NCBI GenBank assembly: GCA_002269645.1
Contig: NIVC01001103.1
Location: forward strand, 124,001 to 188,000
Origin: Macrostomum lignano
Taxonomy: Eukaryota
DNA length: 64,000 bases
Reading direction: 5' to 3'
This document shows, piece after piece, positions 45,701 through 64,000 of the stretch; within the stretch, counting starts at the first letter, position 1, and each line of letters starts with the position of its first letter. The notes beneath the pieces are model-generated. The model made no database searches, was not told where the DNA came from, and saw only the letters and a list, made by a program, of their open reading frames with translations. Both the position numbers and the translations under genes were made by a program.

Positions 45701-48700
45701 ATTGTCACTCAACCGGCGAGAGGCATTACTGCCCATTCCACCGACTCCCCTGAGCAGGCACACAAGCGCGCGGATACGTACGCAGTCATACGCACAGGCA
45801 CACACTCACAGGAGTGTACAGCGGCCCTGACTTTATTTATCGTTAGGCATGTAAACTTCACTGCGCCTTGGGGGTTGGCTCTCAAGGCCGTTAATTGCAC
45901 GAGCAAAGCCAAGCCGAGATTCCAGTTTAGCCCCAAATTAATGTGACTGCACTTGGAATCGAGCCTGGGCCGCTGGCGCATCAGAGCACCTCGCTATACC
46001 ACTGGGCAACAGTACTACCTTGCATGCAAAGCTTATTTATATTTTCGACACAAAATTTAACAAATGTTGTCTTTTTTATGTGTGTGTGTGGCTTATAAAA
46101 GTACGTGTAGTACTTACCTACTAATACAATATTATGCATATGTTTTTTATGCATATATATAAGCACATTGGATAACAGTATTAACAATAGAACTAGTGAC
46201 AAACCAAGTGCTTTTAATATTTGGTTTGGAATAACTCAAATAAGGTAGTGATATAATAGGAAAATAAACTCTTGATGGCTTCTATAAATAGAAATTCCTT
46301 TGGTTTGTATTATAAAATCGACATGTATCTGTGTAATAAAATAGTTTGATGTGTAATCTTAATGCTTATCGTGATCTGAAACAGTTAGCGTCACTTTGCA
46401 TAACAATGCCGGCTAAAAATGCGCTACTTACTACTGCTCACCCAAATTTGTGTTTGCAACAAAACTACAAACGCCTCGCGCATCGTTGTGCTGTTAATAA
46501 AAGTCAGAATTTATCTAACATTAGAGCCTGACTACTGATAGTAATATAGCATGCATTTTTTACTTTAAATAATTATCTAAAATCTCTGCGCACCGCTGCT
46601 GAATATCATAGGAGGATGGCGAGTCGGGCCCGATGGAGCGGCACCTGCAGCAGCAGCATGCGGCCTATGTGTCCCGCCGTATGTGCTCCCAATCAGTTGG
46701 CTGCCAATCGATCGAAGAGCGAGCCAGGTGTACCAGACAGCTATTGAATTATCGGCATCGAAGTCCTCGACTGCGTCGGGAGGAGATTGTGACGCCAGAT
46801 GAGGAATTCCTGACGGCTAGGTGATTGTTGCTATCTGGCAAAAGGGTATTTTTATGTCTATGCTAGTGATGGGGTTTAGAATTTCTGGATTTTTAGGTGT
46901 TTAGATTAGAATAAATTAAGTGTGTTAATAATTTTGTTGGTGTGTTTTACAATTCTCGTGGGTGTGTTTACGATTCTAGTGGGTGTGTTTACGATTCTAG
47001 TGGGTGTGTTTACAATTCTAGTGAGTGTGTTTACAATTCTAGTGGGTGTGTTTACGATTCTAGTGGGTGTGTTTACAATTCTAGTGGGTGTGTTTAAAAT
47101 TCTAGTGGGTGTGTTTAAAATTCTAGTGGGTGTGTTTACAATTATAGTGGGTGTGTTTAAAATTCTAGTGGGTGTGTTTAAAATTCTAGTGGGTGTGTTT
47201 TACAATTCTAGTGGGTGTGTTTACGATTCTAGTGGGTGTGTTTACAATTCTAGTGGGTGTGTTTACGATTCTAGTGGGTGTGTTTACAATTCTAGTGGGT
47301 GTGTTTACAATTCTAGTGGGTGTGTTTACAATTCTAGTGGGTGTGTTTACGATTCTAGTGGGTGTGTTTACAATTCTAGTGGGTGTACTTAAAATTCTAG
47401 TGGGTGTTTTACAATTCTCATGTTTAGAATGTGTGCTAATGTCAGTGCCCCCCCTCGCCAGGTACCAGCTGATGCTGCTGCTGTTCACCCTGAGCATGCT
47501 CATCGGCCTGTTCCTGCTCATCTGGCGCATAGTCAACGAGGAGGTCAGCGGCGTCTATATTGAATTGGAATTCCTCGATTCGGTGTTCAACTACGGCCAG
47601 GGCGTGTTCATACTGGGCCTGCTCGGCTGGGACTACACCGTGCTGCCCTTGCTAACGCGCAGGATTGACCGGCTGTGCAGACGGTAAGGAGTTCTGGCCC
47701 AGACTTTTTTATAACTGACCGAATTGCTGGTTAACCGCTGCCAATTTTATACATGAATAACAGGCTGCGCATGCTGATGTTCAATGAGGATCGAATTCAC
47801 CTGCCGCCTGAGTCGCATCTGGATCAGCACGTTATCAGCACTAGGGATAACTTCCTCATGCATCATATGGACCACTGTCTGCACTCCATGCGCTTCTCCA
47901 GGCGGTGAGTTGCTTTGGACGGCTTCTCTTTATTATAAATAAAGGAACTAAATTTAGCGGGTTGCAGCCTTGTGGTTGGAGCGTCGGACTCGCGACTGAT
48001 AGATAGGTCGGGGGTTCGATTCTCGATCCCACTGGAACAATCTGTGTCCTTGGACAAGACACTTAACTCTGCGTTGCTTTAGCTCACCCATCTGTAAAAA
48101 TGGTGCCAGCATTAGCTGGGGTAATTGAGGGTGTGTGTGGCGACCCCCCCCCCCCAGTCCTTGGACTGAACAGCCGTACGCAGCCTTCAGATGCGCCGCG
48201 CGATAGCTGCGACTGAGCTGTCGGTTGCGCATCTGCCTATTAGGAGAGGCTATTATTATTAGAGTCATAGCAACGTGTTTTGTTACCTTGGATACGGTTG
48301 CTGATTTTGTTAGCAATCAAGCCAGCGCCATAGCAACGGTAGTATTTACCGTGGATACGGATGAATGTTACTATAGATTAGTGACTTAACAACAAAGTTA
48401 GCACCATAGCAACGGCAGGGTTTACCCTGGATACGAATATAAAAATTAATCATTTTGTGAGCAACCACTGCAAGCTCTATAAGCAAGGTTTACCTTGGAT
48501 ACGGTTAGCAACAGCAATTCTCAAATGCTTTTTTGCAGCCGATCGAGCGTTGGCAAGTTCGGCGCCAACCACCAGGCAGGCGAGTTCAGCGGCAAGGCTC
48601 TGGTGGACTGGCTGATGTCAGTCGGCCTCTGCCAGGACCGCATCGACGCCGTTGCCTACGGCGAGCGGCTGTTGCTGGCCAGGGTGCTGCGCCACGAGCA

Positions 48701-48914
48701 GCAGGCCTATCATTTCCGCGACTCACCCGACTATCGCTACGTCTTCTCCGAGGAGGCCGAGAGTGCCGCCGCCGCCGCCTGCCCGGAGGCCGCCGCCGCC
48801 GCCACCGCTGGCGACGCCGTCAATCGACGATGCGGCCGATGTGTGTCGCTGAGTTCAAGAGACGCCCGCGACATCGAGGATTTGGTGAACGCCGAGACCG
48901 ACCATCTGCACTAA
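39767..48914 (+). CDS. GPR155: GPR155/LYCHOS (PIN-like transporter + GPCR-like + DEP), 927 aa. Exons 39767-40157, 40895-42020, 42869-42965, 43688-43909, 46612-46820, 47462-47683, 47764-47904, 48539-48914
   Basis: Motifs [56 protein letters not shown] and DEP domain [15 protein letters not shown]. All GT-AG junctions are phase-compatible; total 2784 nt. Confidence 0.92.
40170..40790. repeat. ~28-bp minisatellite filling GPR155 intron 1
   Basis: Units cagatcctcagttgctgggccagcctcc. Confidence 0.9.
42090..42680. repeat. 24-30-bp minisatellite in GPR155 intron 2
   Basis: Units ttggtttatggcc(c/g)agtctcgggg. Confidence 0.9.
43080..43600. repeat. C/T-only minisatellite (cccctctaccccttctct variants) in GPR155 intron 3
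   Basis: Direct observation. Confidence 0.85.
44200..45120. repeat. 52-bp higher-order minisatellite in GPR155 intron 4, same family as 42090-42680
   Basis: Units ggagttggtttatggccgagtctcgggttagtttatgtccgaatcttgtctt. Confidence 0.9.
45690..46015 (-). mobile_element. tRNA-derived SINE, family B
   Basis: Minus strand cccagtggtatagcg (A box) ... ggctcgattcc (B box); body similar to 6311-6560. Confidence 0.55.
46930..47415. repeat. 21-bp minisatellite in GPR155 intron 5
   Basis: Units ttacaattctagtgggtgtgt. Confidence 0.9.
47956..48260 (+). mobile_element. CORE-like SINE, family A (GPR155 intron 7)
   Basis: A/B boxes, ctgtgtccttggacaagacacttaact...catctgtaaaaatgg, tattattatt tail. Confidence 0.8.
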
Positions 48915-48949
48915 AAACATGGACGGTTTGCTACTGTGTATACTGTGTT

Positions 48950-49280
48950 GTCCCTGACCCCTTAGTCCCCAGCCTTGCCGTCCCTGCCCCCCTCCTCAGT
49001 CCCCAGCCTTGCCGTCCCTGCCCCCCTCCTCAGTCCCCAGCCTTGCCGTCCCTGCCCCCCTCCTCAGTCCCCAGCCTTGCCGTCCCTGCCCCCCTCCTCA
49101 GTCCCCAGCCTTGCCGTCCCTGCCCCCTCCTCAGTCCCCAGCCTTGCCGTCCCTGCCCCCCTCCTCAGTCCCCAGCCTTGCCGTCTCTGCCCCCCTCCTC
49201 AGTCCCCAGCCTTGCCGTCTCTGCCCCCCCCCCTCAGTCCTTGCCGTCTCTGCCCCCCCCCAGTCCTCATCCTCCCCCTC
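48950..49280. repeat. ~34-bp C-rich minisatellite downstream of the GPR155 stop
   Basis: Units cctcagtccccagccttgccgtccctgccccc. Confidence 0.85.
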
Positions 49281-50181
49281 AGTCTTAATTAGCAATGAAC
49301 CAGTGCTAAGACTGTTGACTCCACAATTGATCTCTACAAGATAGCTTTATAATTACTGTTTTGTGTGGTCTGGCTTGGCACTGAGTTAATTATAGTACCC
49401 TGCGGTATTTCCCACAAGACTGATAAACGGTTGTCATTAAATATAAAAATTATGTTAATTATCGGTGCAATTATAATTTACATAAAAATTGTCAGCGTTA
49501 CTCCGCATTGTTTGTTCCACTCGTTAGTATTTCTATCAATATTATTAATTCATATAGCATTTACAGGAGTTTCTATTTATCAAGTAATCGTTAATTTTTT
49601 CCTTCGATTTCACGGAAGAGCTAAATGATCAATATAGTGCTCAGAATATCAGAAGTCTTATTTTTGGCGATTTGTTCACCTGTCAATCATCACAGATTCT
49701 ATTCTTAGGCAAATTGTTATATTATACTATTATATTATATTCTTATCATTGGCATTTCTTCATTCGATGCTATAATAGGCTATTCGATACTACTGAACAA
49801 TGCGTGTATACTACTTACTGTTCCTTGTTCTCTCTTTAAAATTTTCATATTTATATTTGCAAAATTATATTATTCTCCTTGTTGTTTGTCTATGATTTTC
49901 ATTCGGACTGATTCCAGTTTATTTTCCTTTACCTTTTGTTATCAGTGATCGTGAAATTTAGAAATAAACTAGACTATATATGCTACTTTCAGATGCTACT
50001 TTCCGAGATTAAAAAAATTCAATTATTATTTTTGTTTTGAAATTGAAGACAAATTGAAGAATTATCACTTGCAATCTCTGTTCTTTATTAAATATCAAAA
50101 TTTAGTAAGTTGCACTACTAACAGTAGTTCAAGCGTAGCGTAGTAATATGTTGGAGAATTAAATTTTCAGTAAAAATTGGT

Positions 50182-50253
50182 TGCGAGTGCCGGGAGTCGA
50201 ACCCGGGTCGAATGCTTGGAAGGCATCCATGCTAACCGTTACACCACACTCGC
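50182..50253 (-). tRNA. trnG-TCC: tRNA-Gly (anticodon TCC)
   Basis: 72 nt; perfect acceptor stem GCGAGTG/CACTCGC; anticodon arm GATGC-CTTCCAA-GCATT; T arm CCGGG-TTCGACT-CCCGG; T-run Pol III terminator just downstream. Confidence 0.92.
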
Positions 50254-50819
50254 TCCGGTTAGCCGGTCCAATATCTGGCCAAGTTAAACTCAAACCGTCC
50301 CCTCTGCAATCCTGCACTTGAACTCAGGGCATTTATAATCTTGCTAATCTGCTTCGTCTCAGCCGACCCTTTCTGCTCTGCCCCAGAAATGGGATCTGTA
50401 GTTTGTCTACAGCTGATCACAGTTCAATATCCCCTGCTGTTGACGCAGCCAATCTCTCTTCCCTTGTACCGTCTGTCGTCTGGGTTGAGTATTATTATGG
50501 TTGGGTACATTGTCCTGCAAGATCAACATGGCAAAATATATCCTTGGGTGAGACTAAGATGGGCTTAATCACCTGATCGTTAAGTGTGTAGATAGTTACT
50601 GGCTGAGGTATATTTAATTTTTTTGAGCTCGTTCCCTTATTCTCTTTCGCTTTGCAAGCTTAGCGATTCAATAATAATTAATAGCTATGCTTTTCGCGAG
50701 CTCATAAGGAGAGGTGTATCAAATCTGCGTGGCTCTTCTCAGTCTTCTCAATTAGCTATATAACTGTCTTATTCCTTCTATCTTTGATCCAGACAATTAA
50801 GCTCTTGCTTTGACATCCT

Positions 50820-50995
50820 CCAGTCCTCAGAATGGACCTCTAACACCTCAGCCAGTCCTCAGAAAGGACCTCCTTAACACCTCAGCCAGTCCTGAGAAAG
50901 GACCTCTGTAACACCTCAGCCAGTCCTGAGAAAGGACCTCTGTAACACCTCAGCCAGTCCTGAGAAAGGACCTCTGTAACACCTCAGAAAGGACC
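50820..50995. repeat. ~34-bp tandem repeat
   Basis: Units aacacctcagccagtcctgagaaaggacctctgt. Confidence 0.8.
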
Positions 50996-51605
50996 CGTTA
51001 ACACATTCGTTGTTTAAATGTAGCTCGTAGTGGAAGGCAGAAAACGGTGTGAACAAAATTGAATGGCGCAATGTTAAAAAGTTACAGAACAACATTTAAT
51101 CCACTGTCTATAAAATGCAAGTGCTCAGCCCTAGCATTTTAATGACAGCATGATGAGGTCAGTCAGGATTGGTTGCCAGGGCATGGGGAAAGCTATGCAC
51201 GGGCTCTGGGCTCCCTCGCTGCACATTGGACAGACAGTCAGCGCGCACAAGTGGTCGCTGCATTCCGCATGAAAACTTCCTGTCAATGCATGTCGTGAGT
51301 TTTGACAGGAACTCATGAGCTGCGGACTTTTAGCGCCAGCCAACTCTGCAACACGTACTCCCCTCTCTTTAAGCATCCGCATTCAGTGTTGTCAAAACTC
51401 CCGCGCATCTCTGTGGCTGCAGCTCATTAAAAATCGATCTGCTTGGAAAGACTGGAATGACAGACAGCAACAAGCAATAGATTGATGCTGTGCAGTGTTG
51501 CAGAGTTTGCTGCTAGCTAAAGATAACGCAAACAAAACCCTTGGCTGCTTGAAGCGCGATTCGGTAAGAGAAGTTGATTTTTAAGAATACGCTCGGGGGA
51601 AAGGC

Positions 51606-53380
51606 AGATTTGAGGGATGGGAGTGGCAGATTTTATTGATAGGAGAGACAGATTTGAAGGATGGGAGTGGCAGATTTGATTGATAGAAGTGGCAGATTTG
51701 AGGGGTGGGAGTGGCAGATTTGAGGGATAGGAGAGACAGATTAGAAGGATGGGGAGTGGCAGATTTGATTAATAGAAGTGACAGATTAGAAGGATGGGGA
51801 GTGGCAGATTTGAAGGATGGGAGTGGCAGATTTGAAGGATGGGAGTGGCAGATTTGATTGATGGAAGTGGCAGATTTGATTGATGGAAGTGGCAGATTTG
51901 ATTGATAGGAGAGACAGATTAGAAGGATGGGAGTGGCAGATTTGATTTATGGGAGTGGCAGATTTGATTGATAGGAGAGACAGATTAGAAGGATGGGAGT
52001 GGCAGATTTGAAGGATGGGAGTGGCAGATTTGAAGGATGGGGAGTGGCAGATTTGAAGGATGGGAGTGGCAGATTTGAGGGGTGGGAGTGGCAGATTTGA
52101 GGGATAGGAGAGGCAGATTAGAAGGATGGGAGTGGCAGATTTGATTGATAGGAGAGACAGATTTGATTGATGGAAGTGGCAGATTTGATTGATGGGAGTG
52201 GCAGATTTGATTGATGGGAGTGGCAGATTTGATTGATGGGAGTGGCAGATTTGATTGATGGAAGTGGCAGATTTGATTGATGGGAGTGGCAGATTTGATT
52301 GATAGGAGAGACAGATTAGAAGGATGGGGAGTGGCAGATTTGAAGGATGGGAGTGGCAGATTTGATTGATGGAGTGGCAGATTTGATTGATGGAAGTGGC
52401 AGATTTGATTGATGGGAGTGGCAGATTTGATTGATGGGAGTGGCAGATTTGATTGATGGGAGTGGCAGATTTGATTGATGGGAGTGGCAGATTTGATTGA
52501 TAGGAGAGACAGATTAGAAGGATGGGGAGTGGCAGATTTGAAGGATGGGAGTGGCAGATTTGATTGATGGGAGTGGCAGATTTGATTGATGGGAGTGGCA
52601 GATTTGATTGATGGGAGTGGCAGATTTGATTGATAGGAGAGACAGATTAGAAGGATAGGGAGTGGCAGATTTGAAGGGTGGGAGTGGCAGATTTGATTGA
52701 TGGGAGTGGCAGATTTGAAGGGTGGGAGTGGCAGATTTGAAGGATGGGAGTGGCAGATTTGAAGGATGGGAGTGGCAGATTTGATTTATGGGAGTGGCAG
52801 ATTTGAAGGATGGGAGTGGCAGATTTGAAGGGTGGGAGTGGCAGATTTGATTGATGGAAGTGGCAGATTTGATTGATGGGAGTGGCAGATTTGATTGATG
52901 GAAGTGGCAGATTTGATTGATGGGAGTGGCAGATTTGATTGATAGGAGAGACAGATTAGAAGGATGGGGAGTGGCAGATTTGAAGGATGGGAGTGGCAGA
53001 TTTGATTGATGGAAGTGGCAGATTTGATTGATGGGAGTGGCAGATTTGATTGATGGGAGTGGCAGATTTGATTGATGGGAGTGGCAGATTTGATTGATGG
53101 GAGTGGCAGATTTGATTGATAGGAGAGACAGATTAGAAGGATGGGGAGTGGCAGATTTGAAGGGTGGGAGTGGCAGATTTGATTGATGGGAGTGGCAGAT
53201 TTGAAGGGTGGGAGTGGCAGATTTGAAGGATGGGAGTGGCAGATTTGAAGGGTGGGAGTGGCAGATTTGAAGGATGGGAGTGGCAGATTTGAAGGATGGG
53301 AGTGGCAGATTTGAAGGGTGGGAGTGGCAGATTTGATTGATGGGAGTGGCAGATTTGAAGGGTGGGAGTGGCAGATTTGA
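51606..53380. repeat. 1.8-kb purine-rich ~21-22-bp minisatellite
   Basis: Units gggagtggcagatttgattgat / gggagtggcagatttgaaggat with recurring variants. Confidence 0.9.
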
Positions 53381-54160
53381 GCGCCATGGGAGCTGTTTGA
53401 CTGCTCTCCTACTTGGATCCCCCCTCAAAAATGTTACCGGCTGAGGGAGGCCTCCCTACCTTGATAATTGATTGCCCCTAGTTTTCAATGCAGCGCCAGA
53501 AAAAAATGTAACGCACAAGAATTAATCAGTTCATGCTGCAGCGGCCCAAAGCAAAGAAATAATTTCGCGGAAAAAAACTGTTTGCTAAAAACGTCAGTCG
53601 CACCTGCAGAAAATGTTATATTTTTTGGGTGCTGTGCTGAGAATTTTGCGACCGTATTTCTGGTCCCAATCTTTTAAAAGCTTCACTTTCTCTTACCCCA
53701 CCCCTTATGACTCCCCAATGCCTCTCCAACCACAGCTAGCCCGGTAGAAACCTTCGCTAAAGTCATTATCGCTGTCGTTATTGTAAAGCGTTGCAGAGTG
53801 AGGAGGGAAGCTACTGAAATGTTGACGCGGCCAGGGGCAGAGTGGAAGGGAGGCAGGGCCGGCTGCAGCGGGGCACCAACAGTTGTGTCTGGAGAGCCTC
53901 TCGGAGCCCGGCGTGTTTTTGAGAGAAGGGAACTGGGAGCTGGATGTAGCTTCGCATGTGTTACCTCGCTCACCTGGTGCCTCTTACCCCACTCTCCCAA
54001 ATCCCCAAGAGACAATGGGGGAATATTATATAGTATGCGCTACTCAAAGTGATAACTCACTCCCACCCAGCTGCTTCATCAACAGCCCCGGTTGCAGCCG
54101 AGCATTTAATTGAGTCAGTCCAGCGCATTGGCGGCAGTCAGTCGGACCCAACAGCTCGTC

Positions 54161-64000
<9,840 letters not shown>

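Noticed and set aside
51140-51240. Possible C/D snoRNA (atgatga C box)
   Set aside because: No properly placed D box or terminal stem.

Overview
Eukaryotic (metazoan) genomic DNA with GT-AG introns, GC-rich exons and many minisatellites. The style suggests a free-living flatworm such as Macrostomum, but that is an inference. Left to right: (1) a TRP-channel-like pore-domain ORF, with a degraded inverted paralog at 5.9-6.1 kb; (2) two convergent, spliced genes encoding ankyrin-repeat + Mab-21/cGAS-like nucleotidyltransferase (cGLR-type) proteins, which share patchy near-identity and one of which carries a 4-bp frameshift; (3) between them, a hAT-type MITE and a secreted protein with two tandem-repeat blocks; (4) two tandem Crypton-like (tyrosine-recombinase transposon) relics with structured ends; (5) an inverted pair of MITEs; (6) a complete 3-exon Piwi gene; (7) about 15 kb of AT-rich, strongly CpG-depleted transposon debris, including a foldback element, a probable KDZ transposase relic and an assembly gap with an artefactual duplication; (8) mRpS33, an 8-exon GPR155/LYCHOS gene and tRNA-Gly(TCC); (9) the 5' part of a still life/Tiam Rac-GEF gene whose introns are packed with micro- and minisatellites. 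The best candidate for a novel system is the ANK-cGLR pair and its neighbourhood. All alignments and counts were made by eye or from memory of the families; no searches were run.
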